A DNA stretch of 63,356 bases, filler included, from Octopus bimaculoides (lineage: Eukaryota), in NCBI RefSeq assembly GCF_001194135.2. It is 5 parts of 5 records of this genome, joined end to end, with 100 filler letters (N's around TTAATTAATTAA, not from the genome) between each part and the next. Parts side by side here need not be neighbours in the genome. Positions count along the whole stretch, not along the records: positions 1 to 18,982 come from NC_069002.1; positions 19,083 to 48,459 come from NC_068995.1; 3 more parts are not named here. One strand, 5' to 3'. This document shows positions 11,629-25,082 of the stretch, one piece after another (within the stretch, counting starts at the first letter, position 1; each line of letters begins with the position of its first letter). Made by a program: the position numbers and the translations under genes. The notes under the pieces are model-generated. The model was not told the origin of the DNA, ran no database searches, and worked only from the letters and a program-made list of their open reading frames with translations.

Positions 11629-14409
11629 ATTGGTGTGTGTGTGTGTATATATATATACAAACAAACACACACAGTACGTATGCATGTCTGATTCATAGTG
11701 AAGCAATAATAAAAATAAAAGACAGTAAACCAAAGAATCAACTCCAGTATATTACTGGTACCGTTTTTATTTACCCAGAAAGAAGGACGAAAGGCCAAAT
11801 TGACTTCAGCGAGATTAGAACAGCAGCAAGATGCTAAATATCATTAGACACGTAATTTGGTGTTCTACAGTTCCTGTCTGTCCACCATCACACCCTTATA
11901 ATAATAATAATAATCATGATAATGATGACGGATAAAGAAAATGGGTGTACGTTTCACCATATGAAACCCCATCATTTGCACCTGATGTGGATTAGATTTC
12001 AAAATGTGGAAGGGTTGATTGATCTCTGATCGTTAGTTGACTGGTTTAATCAATCAGACTGATTAGGAAATCAACCTATGAAGCAAAACAGAAATGAAGA
12101 CAAAACATGAAAGCCAAACTATTCATTAATTTTTTTTTTTTTTGTTTTAGTGGTAGCCCTTGTCCGTCTTTTCTGGTCCACTCCCCACCCCCTCAAATAA
12201 AAGTCACACTACCCAACATACATTATACAACATTTACCATGGGGATTTGTGTTTTGTATCTGTACAGAGAGAGAGAGACTTCTCAATTCTGTTGATCAAC
12301 GCAAGAAGGTGACAAAGATGAAAGCATAAAAGATTTTCATTAAAAAATACAGCAAAAACGATTGGACCCAGCATCTGCTTTCAAATGCTTGTAAACTCTA
12401 CCCCACCATCCACTTCTAAGAAAGTGATCTGAGTTTTTTCTTTCATTAAAATAGGTTCGATTTCAATCTCCCATACACACACACAATGTGCAGCGAGAGG
12501 CCAAAACTACAATGCTTCAAACCAAACCAACTTTTATTGCTGTTCTGTTTACATATTTCAGTGTGAGACATTCAAAGCTACCATAATTACTATTATGAAC
12601 TGCTTTGGTTGCAGTGAGAAACCAAGTACATCACATTCAATACTCTCCTCATTACTGAATACTTTGTGCAAATCATATGCAGTTCAGCGCCTATTAATTT
12701 TTGGATACATGCATACGGCCATATATATATCCTCATACACTTTGGTGGTTGTATGTATATGCGTGTATAATTGTTTTCATTATTCGGAGCAATTGTGCTT
12801 GTCAAGTCAAAGCACAATCACAATGTGTACACACACACACACACACACAGGTGACAGCCTGGATTGAAGACATGAACTTCAATTGAAGCTTTGCTGGGGT
12901 TTTTTTTCCCCCCCATATTTTTCACATTTATCAATTTGAGAGACTTGTTATGAAGAAACCAATTATAAGACTAATATTTTTTAAAAATTGAAATCCAAGC
13001 TTGAATCAAAACTCAGAGATGAAAATAATTTAAAAACTGAAGCTCATTAAAATATTTTTAATTTCCTCCTTTTTATTGAATAATTAGATTCAAGTTGGAT
13101 CTGTATCATCATGTACTTTTTCTTACCCGACCCCTGGATTTGGGTTTTAAAACAGCCAACCATTACGAAAATATCAAATCAAAAACGGAGTAAATAAAAG
13201 AGGAATCAATAAATGGGTTTTAAAGTTTTCTATTTGTAGATATATGGATATATGGTGGTGGTGGAGGGGTTTTAGAAATATTGATATGTATCTTGTTTTT
13301 CTACATTTGTTTCCTCTTGGAGACTTTCTTTGTTGCTGTTGTTTTTCTGTATGAAGATGAGAGGGAAGACTGCATATCCATGTGTGTGTGTATATGTATG
13401 ACGTATATGCACTCACTGTGTGTCAATGTGCACACACACACACACACATTCCCTTGAATACAACCATTCCAAGATTGTTTCCTTTCCTTTTAATTTTAAC
13501 AATTGATCTGAACACTATAGCTATTATTGTAGTGTTAGGGTTTATGGTATTAGTGTTAACAGAAGTGGTTAAAGTAGGAGATTGTGGTAGTAAATATATG
13601 GTATAACAATAATTCCTTTATGGCTGGTGGTGGTAGTAACATCATGTTAGTGAAGCCAGCAAAGGACAGAGAGGGAGGTGGTGGTGGAGGTGGGAGAGAG
13701 GGAGGGAAGGAGTCTCAATAGAGTCCACTGTTCCAATCATGTGGCAGACAAACTTCTTCCCTAAAATAAACTTTGCCGAAGAGTTTTAAAAATCTTCACC
13801 AACTTTGCACCATCTTAAAATGTCTGCCCAATAAACACACCAAGACAGTCGAGTTTCACCCAACACCATTACATTACATTTTTATATACACCATCATTGT
13901 TTAACGTCCATCTTTCATTAAACAATGATGATGATGGTGTACACACACACACATACACTTTACTCTGACGATGGAAGGGGAGAGGAAAACAAGGAGAACA
14001 GTGACCCTTAGTTACCTTGGCTACATCAGTGCAACAGGCCTGAAATCAAGTCAAAACTGACTGAATCAGACAACAAACCATTGCAATAAGGGATTTCATT
14101 TGTTGTTGTTGCTTTTGAACATTGCCACCAAGTCTACAAATTTCTCAGGGATTGGTACTTGTCTTATTCCTCCCTAAAGTTTACTGACACTACAAAGGGA
14201 CATAACTGAATACCAAAAATGGATAGAGAATGATATTCTACCCTCTCACCTACCCCACCATCGCTTTTAAGCCTTAAACAATGGAAAACACTTGCATGAA
14301 TGTTGGATGTCAAATAAACAAAGAAAAAAGTCTTTTTTTTTTATCTGAAGGGTAAACTTTATACTTATTTTCACTTTAGATAAAGGTAAAAATTACCTTC
14401 TCAAGTTGT

Positions 14410-14634
14410 GCCAAACTCCTCCTAAGGGTTGTTTTTCTGGCGTATATATATCCCACTTGAATAGGACACAGGTCCATCGCAGGATAACTCATTTTTGCAA
14501 GCTGAGAGGACTGGAGCAACATGAAATGAAGTGTTTTGCTCAAGAACACAACGCGCTGCCCGGTCCAGGAATGGAAACCACAATCCTACGACCATGAGTC
14601 CATCATCCCTAACCACTAAGCCACATGCCTCCAC
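14410..14634 (-). mobile_element. tRNA-derived SINE family C
   Basis: Minus strand GTGGAGGCATGTGGCTTAGTGGTTAGGG has A-box TGGCTTAGTGG and a degenerate B-box GGTTTCCATTCC, followed by a CORE/V-SINE-like GTTCTTGAGCAAAACACTT segment. Confidence 0.75.
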
Positions 14635-15356
14635 TTTAAATAAGGACAAAAACTATAAGTAATATTAGTCTCTCACACAATAAAATTTAGAATCCCATTA
14701 TGGAAAGAGGCCAATAAATATTCACCTCCCGTTTTATGATAGATGAAGGCCGTATCTGTAAAATTTTTGAGACATTAATTTATGATATCTGCTGTTTAAG
14801 GGTTAATATTAAGAAAGAAGCAGTAAAAGGTAGAAATCAACCAAATGCTAAAAAAAAAAAAAAGATGGGTGTGTTAATGGGGGGGTGGGGACAAAACAAA
14901 TGCAAAGGCCTAAAGTAATTGGTAGCCTTCTAGTAATAAACGAGAAAATGATGTCATTAGGTGGTGGTGTTAGTAGTAGTAGTAATAATAGTATTGTTGA
15001 AATTCATTCTGAAAATGACAGTGAATGGTCTGGAATCAGAGCTGATGAAGAAATACATGATTTGCTTTATTGGAACGGAAAGGAATTGGTCAAGTGTCCA
15101 AGACTAAAAACTTATACAAGGATTCTAAAATTCCAAGCAGAGCATACATAACCGAGCATATTGCATGCGTGTGTGTGCAAATGTGTATATGTGTAAATAT
15201 ATATATATATATACATACATATATACCCCACACATGTATGCATGATCCTATATATATATATATATATACGCATTTGTAAACACATTCATACACTCAGACA
15301 AACACACACTCACGCACATTTATGCAAGCACACTAACACATGTTGTAAGTCAATTT

Positions 15357-15362
15357 TTATTT
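15357..15362 (-). promoter_or_regulatory. Candidate polyadenylation signal of SCAMP (another AATAAA lies near 12535)
   Basis: AATAAA on the minus strand about 700 nt downstream of the stop codon; there is no transcript evidence. Confidence 0.25.
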
Positions 15363-16058
15363 ATACAAAACAAAATGTTGATACATACTTGTAATGTAAG
15401 AGTGTAATGCCACACACACACACACACACACACACACCCATGCACAGTGTCTCACCAATTTTACTGTTTATGTTTAAATAACATACCTAGAGGAGAAAAA
15501 AATCTTTGTGTGTGTTTGTGTGTGTGTTTGTATGCATATTTATACATACATGAATAATATATATATATATGTATATATACATAGTACTCAGACATATACA
15601 GATAAGATAGAGATATACAGTAAATATTGTTGTTAACAGTCAAGAAAGTTTGTGGTTCTAATAGTTACTGTTTATTATACAAGGTTAAGCTAAGATACTA
15701 GTCATTAATTTACAGAATTAAGTAGGAGGTGGTGGTGGTGGTAAGGACAGCATATCAAGATTAGACATAAGACAAAATACAGGGGTAGAAGGTGGTTTAC
15801 TTCTTGGGGTTTTTTTGCATATTTTTTCTTGTGTTTAATTTAAATCAAAATTAATGAAACAAAAATCATTAACAAACAACAACAATAATAATAATAATAA
15901 TGATGATGATAATTATTATTAATATTATATAGTTGTAATAAACAAAACAGGGAGATTACACAGATTGTTTTTTTTTTTCTGGCCTATGGTGGGATGAGGG
16001 GAGGGGACAGTCAGTTGTTCTCTTTTCTCTCCCTTCATTAGTTGAGAAAGTGAGGGGC

Positions 16059-16223
16059 TTAGTAGCGATTATTGGAACCATACTGCTGTGCTGCACCTCG
16101 AGCAGCACCAGCAGCGGCATTAGCAGCAGCAGTCTGGACAGTTTCATTGCGCATGACACCCTGTGCAAATTCTGCTTGGGCCTTCTGGAAGCTAGCTCCA
16201 GTACTACGGTAGACTCGGTGTAC
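16059..16223 (-). CDS. SCAMP: Terminal coding exon of a secretory carrier-associated membrane protein (SCAMP1-like)
   Basis: Translates [54 protein letters not shown], matching the conserved SCAMP C-terminus ([37 protein letters not shown]). It is preceded by a polypyrimidine tract and the AG acceptor at 16225-16224 (phase 0); TAA is at 16061-16059. Confidence 0.93.
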   Translation of the reverse strand, partial: VHRVYRSTGASFQKAQAEFAQGVMRNETVQTAAANAAAGAARGAAQQYGSNNRY

Positions 16224-16807
16224 CTTTCGAAAAGAGAAGACAAAGAGAAAAGAATGAGAAAAGGAAAGGCAATGACTAAAACAATTCTGGCATAAAAAAA
16301 ACAACAGTTTGGAGTAAAAAGTGTTAAGACAGATTTAACAATTTCATAAATTGATGAATCTTTTAAAGATCAGTAATAAAATTTAAAACCTGTCTAAACA
16401 CAAATGATCAGACTTCCAATTTACATTAACTCAATTAATTCAATTAAAATTTTTATTAAATGTTGAACTGTAAAAAAAAAAATTATAAAGAACTTTTAAG
16501 CTTGGAACCACAGACAACAGGAGGTGAGAGGGTTTGATAATTTATATGATGTCTGTGAAAAACGCATTTAATTCTGACTTCGTTGATCTAATTATTATAA
16601 ATCAGCAGTGGGAGCATTGTCAAATTTAAAAAAATGTTTTGTAGGGTAGCAATGCTAAATCGGAATCAACCAACTGGAACTAAAGAAAGTTATGAGGAAA
16701 CACAAATGTATTATTTCAAGGGATCACCTAAAATTCATTCTTCACTCAAAGAACTAAATTCAATGGCATGAAATGGTTAAAAAACAGAAGAACAAGATGT
16801 CGTTTAA

Positions 16808-17003
16808 CCCTTTAGCATTCAGATTGTTCCGTCAAATACAATGCACAATTATTCCCATTGTTTTGAATTGATCCTGCATTATCTCATAGCTTTGAGATTT
16901 CAATGATGTGATTGTTTAGTTTAGGGTTGGTGTGAGAGGCCAGATCTGGTTGGTTTAAGCATAAAACAAACAGACTATTTAGTCCAGTTTAAATGTTAAA
17001 GGG
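16808..17003. mobile_element. piggyBac-type (TTAA) MITE
   Basis: TTAA|CCCTTTAGCATT ... AATGTTAAAGGG|CTAA: 12-bp TIRs with a TTAA-like target duplication. Confidence 0.75.
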
Positions 17004-18603
17004 CTAATCAGGAAAAAGAGTTTAAAGACTGCAGTGCTGTCAGTGTCTGCCTTAAGTTTAAAAAGCTGTTGGTAATGGGCTGTATGTATAATCCCCTGGC
17101 ATTGCACATGTGTCAGACTGGTGCCATGATGTTGCAAAAGAGGAATATAAGTTCTAGCTTGAACAGTGACAATACTTTTAAAATACTCAAAAAACAAGGA
17201 GTTACAAAACTCATCATTCCTCACCCTTTTTCCTACAAAGTAGCACAAGTCAAATGCACAGCTGCTGACTTACTGCATACAGCTTCTTTGAAATAAAATC
17301 CCTGCTCTGAGATTTGTCTTGGAATGATATTCTCGCAGGTCATTCAAATAGGAACCACAACTGCTATGATATTTTAAAGAACCTGTGTATTTTAGAATTC
17401 TTGGTCACTTTGGTAGGAGTGTAATTCTTTTTCTCCATAGAGCACAACTTATTTGCAAAGATCAACAGCAGCATGTGTGGAACATGGCTCAAAATTACAA
17501 CATGTGTATTATAGCTAGTTACAACTGTGACTACATATATATACACATCTATACATTCAGAGTCCGCCAAGAAAATGTATACACACTTCAGGAAAGGAAA
17601 AATCTGTATAAATATTTTTATTCGGTGTTATCACATTGAAAAAACATTGAAGGAGGTACCTATATTCATAGGGTTACTTATACAAGTTAAATATTTATAC
17701 AGATTTTTCCTTTCCTGAACTGCGTATACATTTTTTTGGTGGACTGTGTGTGTGGGTGTATAATTGCTGAAGATTGTATTATCAAATAGCTGTGTGTGTG
17801 TGTATGTATATATATATATATATGTGTGTGTGTGCGTGTGCGTAGTGGATCTTGCATGCATGAAGTGGATTCGATCCACCATAGTCAAATTCAAATTAAC
17901 ACTGCAACAGAACTTTTCCCATGTTGGAACAATGGTTTTTCTCTGACAGCAGTTTTACATTTTCCAGATGCCTTTAGCTAGGCCCGAAATAAAGTCTTCA
18001 CCACTTGACCCTTTCTAACTTCTACTCCACCAAAAGCTGGAATAGAGATAACAAGACCACCAACTAAATCTATCCTTCTAGATAGTTATAAAAACAAGAA
18101 ACCCCAAGCAAAATTGAAGTAGTCACTTGGCGACACAGAGCGAGGCAGCTCGTGACAACTCAATTAATTAGGGAACTGACTGCTAGAATCATAAACACAA
18201 ATGAATACAGCTACTAAGAAATAGTCAGCGAGAGAAATGAGGTTTACTGTCAGCAACTGTGAGACAATGTTCTACACCCTACAATTCACACTAGCTCTAA
18301 TTCTATTCTCTTACAACACCACTATCTCTCTCTTTGGATTACTACTAAACAATGAAGAGGACACAAACACAAGCTTTACTTCGAATGTTTATGGATCTAT
18401 TATAACCTGCCCATCGAGGCAAGGTATTGTAACGTAACAGTAAATAAATATTTTCTTAAACTTTATGCATTGTTCATCTTTCGCATCCTGCAACATGTCG
18501 TTATAACAACAAATATTTAATTGTTATAATTGGTAACTACACAAATTATTATCGTTACATATATATGTGTATGTGTGTGTGCGTGTGTGTGTGTGTATAT
18601 ATA

Positions 18604-18982
18604 CCGTAAATCTTCGAGTATAATCTGCATTTTTCCCCCAAAATTTAAAGGTCAAAATCCCTAGTGCGTACTATACACGAGGTTAAAAATGAAAAATATT
18701 TTCTAAGCAATGTCTGAGTCTCTATTTAATGTCCGGCAATGTTTATTCAGACGTATTTTGTGATGTCGGGTGTGAAAATACCTTAACCTAAGCCTGAAAG
18801 CAATGAAGTCATAAAAGAATCATCCATAACTTGCAGTAAGCAACATTTATTAAAATAAAAGTATTCAGAACACAGAAAAACATGTAACAAAAACAATTTG
18901 CAAATATATTTACATTCCCATATAACAGTTAAGAACATCACCATTATTGTATTACTAGGTGCTGCTGGCTTAATTACGCATG
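18604..18982. mobile_element. pogo/Tc1-type non-autonomous element end, truncated by a gap
   Basis: TA|CCGTAAATCTTCGAGTATAA terminus; a similar TA|CCGTATTTCCGGTGTATAAG end occurs near 39717. Confidence 0.45.
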
Positions 18983-19082
18983 NNNNNNNNNNNNNNNNNN
19001 NNNNNNNNNNNNNNNNNNNNNNNNNNTTAATTAATTAANNNNNNNNNNNNNNNNNNNNNNNNNNNNNNNNNNNNNNNNNNNN

Positions 19083-19119
<37 letters not shown>

Positions 19120-21559
19120 CACGCACACACACACACACGCACGCACGCACACACACACACACACACATCCTTGTGTGTGGTTTTGTGAATGTTTCCAAGT
19201 GTTTAAAGATACTAAGAAGGAATTGTTTTAAACTTGAATGTTTGTCAATTGATATATTTTTAAGATATGAAAATAAGCTGGCGCTTTCAAGTTTTTCATT
19301 AATTCTTCTGTTGTCATTTATTTTTTGTAAATGGGCCAAACGACCAGCTAATTTTTCAGATATAATCTGTTATTCCTACGAGGTTAGGGCCAAGAAAAAG
19401 AAAAAAAATGATATGACTGAATTATGATTCCTTGTGATGTATTTCACATTTTTGCTGAATCTAAGATTTCGTGTTTGAATAATTCTCTTATTAAGAAATA
19501 GCAATATATATGGAAATGATGTATGAATCACGGATAAAACGATAACAAGATTATAGTCTTTGCTTTCAAACAAAACCTAAAACGCAATTTATATATAACG
19601 ATCAGATATTGAAGAAGTCTGAGAAGAAATGTTTAAAGAAAATACTTTCTTAGATGAGAATGTTGTAGATGAGTCTTCTTTAGAATCAAAAAGTTTATGA
19701 TAAAATATTGTAATGATATCTGTTGCAGCTATTAACACAGTTTTCGTTTTAGACTTTAGGTAGACTGTTTTATTGCAGCTTCACAGCTCGAAGTGAAGTA
19801 GTTATGGATATGATCTCATTGCATGGCACTTTGACAATTTTTACCAAATGCTTTGGAGAAGGTGCCTGTGTCCAAGGCCTTTACAGGTCTTCTAAACCTG
19901 ATGAGATCTGCACAGTTGACATTTCTCTTTGTCTGACAATCGCTGGAAAAATATGGGCTGGGAGGAATTCTAGAAGAGTGACATTCTGGAGAGGCAGCAC
20001 CAAGTTTGGGTAGAGGTTGGATTGTGGTTGACAAAATAATGTTGACAAGAGAGTGAGAAATGACTAGAGGACTAGGCAATTCAGAAGAGAAAAACCTAAT
20101 TAAGTATAGATAGAAAAGACTGATGAAAGAGGCCTCAGACTCGGAAATCTTGTCTAAAAGTTACGGATGTTGAAATTCCTTCTTTGATTAAACTATAAAA
20201 AAAAAGGAGGGTCATCAGTTTATTAGAGCCACAGGATTTTCTGGTCTTCAAAGAGAAATCTAGTGTTTGGGATGTAGTTTTGAGAAAATTATATTTTTGT
20301 TGCCAACATGAAATCTCACTAGAGATGAAGCTTAGAATTCGATAGTTTTAGCCGTGTGTTATCCGTGTTTATATTTGATATACAAATTAGTCGATCGCCT
20401 TCTGCAAAGCGTGGCCTAGTTTATGTGCATTCTCTAACAATCTAAATTTATTTCCAAATGAAGCAAACATGAATAGATCTTCCCAGTCTCAGATTCTGTA
20501 TAGATACCCTTTAAAAGTTGCTTCCAGTCATCTATATCACAACACAACAACATTGGTGCAGATCAAGTGGAAGTTAAAAATTCTGAGTACAAAAAGCACA
20601 TGAAAGAGAACATTGTAAAACGTAATCAATAACACCCGTTAGAATTCCAATGTACACACTGTCTGTATAGATTCTATAGCATTATAAATCAATTAAATTC
20701 CTTACTTCATATTGCATGCAGTATTTCTTTATTTCACATTATCATGTTTTCACTTTATTTCCTGTATAACTTTGAGGAGGAGACGGCTTTGTTTTTGTCA
20801 TATTGTCAGTTGTCTTGCGTTGTCATTGAGCTCTGCTGTTCGTATTATTTGAAAGGAATAATCACGGTGAGTGAACGCGCGTGGGTGTATGCGCGTCTGT
20901 GTGCATAAGTGTCGTCATAGGTATCGGTGTTAAAATAGATGGTTGATTATGTCGGTGTTATTGATTGTGTCTTTGCTTCAAATATTTGCCTACAAACAAC
21001 TATTGTTGCTTCAGAGAAATATTCTGATGGCATCTCTACTGTTTGCAATTTTAATTTTAGAATAAGTTTCGAAAAGCAAAAGCAACATTTATAGCTATAG
21101 CAAATTTACCGACAGTATAGAAATAGTTACTCAATTACACCGATTTCTAACATAGCAGGACTACGTATGACATGAAACAATTCTGGAGAATCAAGTCGTT
21201 TTATTCGGCGTAAACGATCAAAGTCGGTATTCGAAACAGAGTAAAAGTGTGTTCGATTTATTCGGTAAATAGCTGGTTGGCTTCCAAATTTCAACCAAAG
21301 TATAGCACACCATATCTGAATAGGGAGTAAGATCTTTTGCAACAACTTGCAGATGCAAGTGTTACTAGTTGAAAGCTCCGCATACCAGATGCTAGCAAGT
21401 TTATGGGGTCATCAGGAAAGAATGCGCGCCCTTTCGGGGTCTACCTCTCGACGACATCGTTGCGCACCGGCCCCCGCTCACATTAAATATTGAGTCTTCC
21501 CCAAGTTTTCCGGATCATTGTAAGGGATTAGGATGTATGAGTAGCGCCATGGTTTCTTC

Positions 21560-22020
21560 TTTAATAACCAGATCGACGCCAAACTGATGCCACTCGCGTG
21601 TTTGTTGAGTCCGACTTCTCAGCACGTTATTGTGGCATGGCAATCATCAATGTTAACATTCCTTAACGGACTCATTGCTTTTAAAAGCTTGTACTTTTCA
21701 GTCTTTTCCAGGTATTGCAGTATCTATGATCTTGGTTTTCTTCATCATTTTTGCCAACTACAACAATGTCTAGTCTCCGAGTATCAGTCATTGAATCACA
21801 CTGGATTGTGAAATCCCACATGATCTTAAACTCATTATTCTCGGTGATACCTTCTGGTTTATGCTCTTACCATTTCAATATCCGTCCAAGCCCGGATTTC
21901 TCACACAATCTCCAATGACTATATTTAGTTACATTACCATGCCTCCTTTTGTATTTTTCACACGAGAAGATGGACTAGTTTGGCTTTGGATCCTACTCAT
22001 TTGAAAACATGCAGGTAGAC
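21560..22020 (-). mobile_element. R4/Dong-like LINE, restriction-like endonuclease region, decayed
   Basis: Translates EKYKRRHGNVTKYSHWRLCEKSGL..W*EHKPEGITENNEFKIMWDFTIQCD..TRRLDIVVV..KIIDTAIPG, i.e. RH plus the (R)PD...D RLE motifs. Confidence 0.8.
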
Positions 22021-22179
22021 AGCTTTTGTTGAATCATTTTAATGCAATAATGTGTATATGTGTAGCATTCAGCAATTACCAGCTGATACTGATACTGGTG
22101 CCGAAACAGTTAAAGAGATTTTGAAATAAAGTCTGTTCATTCCATCATTTAGTATTAAAATTGGATATTCACAGATTTC

Positions 22180-22180
22180 A

Positions 22181-22261
<81 letters not shown>

Positions 22262-22420
22262 GTCTATCTATACAAACATACATACTTACATACATACAAA
22301 CATACACGCATACATGCATACATGCAAACATACATACACGCAAACATACATACATACATACATACATACATACATACATACATACATACACGCATACTCG
22401 CATATATACATACATACAAA
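22180..22420. repeat. Compound microsatellite (TATC)n followed by (TACA)n
   Basis: Read directly from the sequence. Confidence 0.95.
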
Positions 22421-23720
22421 CTGAGAACAGAATAATTGTTTCTGATAGTATAGGCATTTCAAAGGGAATATTCCAGGGAGATAGTCTTTCTGTAATTCTT
22501 TTCATTTTGGCACTGAATCCATTAACGCTCCTACTGCAGAAAACAAATGGTTACATGCTAGGATCTTCAACTGCTAGAAATATGAATTTAACGCATAATT
22601 TCCTTATATACGACCTGAAGATTTATGCTAAAAGTGTTAACAATGCCAAAATAAACAACAACTGAATTTTGTAACATTTTCAGCTGATATAGGCATGGAA
22701 TTTGACCAATGTTCATATTTGGTTATAGAACGAAGAAAGTCAGTCCCTCAAACCCAAAACCTATGCATCAACGGTCTCTCTTTCTCCCCCATTTCACGCA
22801 AAGAATGTTAAAAGTACCTAGGCATAGACGAAAATGTATCATATGAAGGCACTGTAAATAAAGACAGAGTGACCTGAAAATATTATACCAGACTTAGGAA
22901 AATATGGCAGTCGGAACTCCTCTTACAACAAAACAATATCCCATAATGCATTTGCAGTACCAGTGCTGATCCCAACACTTTGGATATTTGATTGGACTGT
23001 AGAGGAAATCCACTCCATAGACCTGCAAAATCCTGACAACAACTGGGAACTTTCACAGAAACAGTGATGTTGACAAGCCCTAAGAAGAAATGAAGGTGGT
23101 AGAGGCCTGAGATTAGTGCAGACGGCCTTCGAATGCCGTATGGTATCACTCAGGCAGCACCTGATAAACAACCGCAGCAAAAATAAATATATTAATTCAG
23201 TGCTGAAAAGTGAAGTGAGCAACATTGTTCGAGCTGGCAGTGAACTCCTGATGATCTTCTGTCAAATGTAAACATAGTAGGCCTGATATTGTTGTTTGGG
23301 ACAGAGGGGAAAAAGTATGTACCATCATAAAGGTCAGCTGCCCTGCAGATATAAATATCTCATTGAAAATCAAAGAAAAAGAGGATATCTATGGACAACT
23401 GCTTCGAAACTTCCAGCTTCTACATCCAGACTATGAACTAAAATTCTTACCAATAATAATTGGAGCACTAGGTTTTGTTAGTAAATGCTTAAAGGAGAAT
23501 CTGGATAAACTGGGATTTTCAGAAAGAGAAATTGACCGACTGATTCGTACATTACAAGTACAATCTGTGAGTAGAACAGTAAAGATATGCAAGACTTTTC
23601 TCAAGTTCCAAAAGTGAATTTGTCTGTGTTGACTACATCTCAAAGGTGGAGCTTTGTATCTTTGTTGGAAACCGGCTCCATCCTCAATGGAAGATTTATA
23701 ATAATTTAAAAAATAGAAGA
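22421..23720 (+). mobile_element. 5'-truncated R4/Dong-like LINE (RT C-terminal half to 3' end), decayed with internal deletions
   Basis: GIFQGDSLSVILFILALNPL..THNFLIYDLKIYAK (RT motifs) at 22460-22630 and the C-terminal ORF 23363-23617 KEKEDIYGQLLRNFQLLHPDYELKFLPIIIGALG. Confidence 0.85.
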
Positions 23721-23736
23721 GACATTCATACATATA

Positions 23737-23950
23737 CGAGGTATATGAAAAGTTCCTGGGTTTGGATAACAGAATATGCAGGAGAATCAGTTAATAATGA
23801 TTTTATTCAACAGATTCGCTTCTCAGATTCACACACTTATTGCAGCGGTCCTTCAGTTTTGCTAAGCCCTGTAAAAGAACTCAGAAGGTTGGGCCTTCAA
23901 CTAGGCTTTTCACGAAACTCTTAAAGCGAAAAACTTTTCAGCAACCCTCG
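23737..23950. mobile_element. Mariner deletion derivative or MITE
   Basis: TA|CGAGGTATATGAAAAGTT ... AACTTTTCAGCAACCCTCG|TA. Confidence 0.7.
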
Positions 23951-24367
23951 TATATACGTGACCATCTTTCTTTCTTATCTCTCTCTTCTTTCTCTTCTCT
24001 TTTCAAAAAAAAGATATTTCTCTCAGTGTTCACTATTTTCCCCTCGTTCAGGTCTAACAACCCTCCATGCTTGTTTTAGTTCGGTTTCCCTGCATGCTTC
24101 CACTGTTTTGTTTTTGTTCCTAACATTGACCCTCCATAAATCCAAAATTTTATTTTGGTAATTGTGGGAGAAACTGTCTTCAAAGACTCATATTGTCGTT
24201 GATTGCTCGAAATGGGGAGTAGATAGACAACCAACAACTAACGAAGGGTCATTCATTATATTCTTTGTATTACTTTTCTCTTTTCCAGTTTTTCCTCTCG
24301 TTATTCGCATATTTAACTCATTTGTTTTCGCATTTCATGTTGTTTACTGTTGGTGACGTCGTGTACT

Positions 24368-24408
<41 letters not shown>

Positions 24409-24456
24409 AATAATAATAAATGGAGCAAAACGCATATAATCAATAAGTTCCTTTAA

Positions 24457-24543
24457 TTCCTACATATGTTTCAAAATATATGTGCACTCTACTCCAAAGA
24501 AGTAAGAGGTGCTGGAATTGCTCATAAATTCATCGTCAGGGAA
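24457..24543 (-). ncRNA. Type I hammerhead ribozyme-like motif with extended stem II
   Basis: UUCC-CUGACGA-[stem II]-GAAA-CAUAUG-U-A-GGAA. Stem I UUCC/GGAA; stem III palindrome ACAUAUGU. Confidence 0.65.
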
Positions 24544-24655
24544 CCAACATATAAAAGCAAGATTTGCGCTAAATGCTAAGGTTGCGTACGAGTTATAACA
24601 TTAAATAGCTAAGTAAATGACCGTTTGGAACAAGAACGCTGGTTTACAGAGAACT

Positions 24656-24862
24656 ATATGTATGTATGTATGTATGTATACACTTATGTATGCATGTATG
24701 TATGTATGTATGTATGTATGTATGTATGTGTGTGTATGTATGTATGTATGTATGTATGTATGTATGTATGTATGTATGTGTGTGTATGTATGTATGTATG
24801 TATGTATGTACACACATACACACACACACGCACACACACACATATATATATATATATGTATA
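24656..24862. repeat. (TATG)n/(CA)n/(TA)n compound microsatellite
   Basis: Read directly from the sequence. Confidence 0.95.
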
Positions 24863-25082
24863 CAGGTTATGAGAGGTAATGATGTCAATAAGAGCCAAAG
24901 ATACCAGGTAATGCTGAGTAAGTGCTATGGACAAACCATAGTTAAGCTCCAAGTTCGGTGGTTATGCGAATAAGGAGTCCAACGTAGGTCATATAGAAGC
25001 AACTGTATATATATAAAAAAAAAATTTCAGAATGAGATAAAAACCAAGGCTGTGAAGAATTTAGAACATTTATAAGTAGAAG

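Noticed and set aside
17265-17330. GTAAGT donor on the minus strand as a possible penultimate SCAMP exon end
   Set aside because: The phase-0 translation (DFISKKLYA) does not resemble the SCAMP TM4 region.
19027-19038. TTAATTAATTAA isolated inside N-runs, also at 48504-48515, 56259-56270 and 61100-61111
   Set aside because: An identical 12-mer centred in gaps of about 100 nt is a scaffolding linker artefact, not biology.
20120-20150. CTGATGA..GAG/CTC..GAAA hammerhead-like string
   Set aside because: There is no stem I or stem III complementarity, so it is likely chance.
21405-21440. GAAA...CTGATGA on the minus strand (permuted hammerhead)
   Set aside because: The would-be stem II strands are both CCCC and cannot pair.
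24601-24973. ORFs with MYVC/HTYI/VCVC/YIYI repeats, here and throughout
   Set aside because: These are translations of microsatellites.
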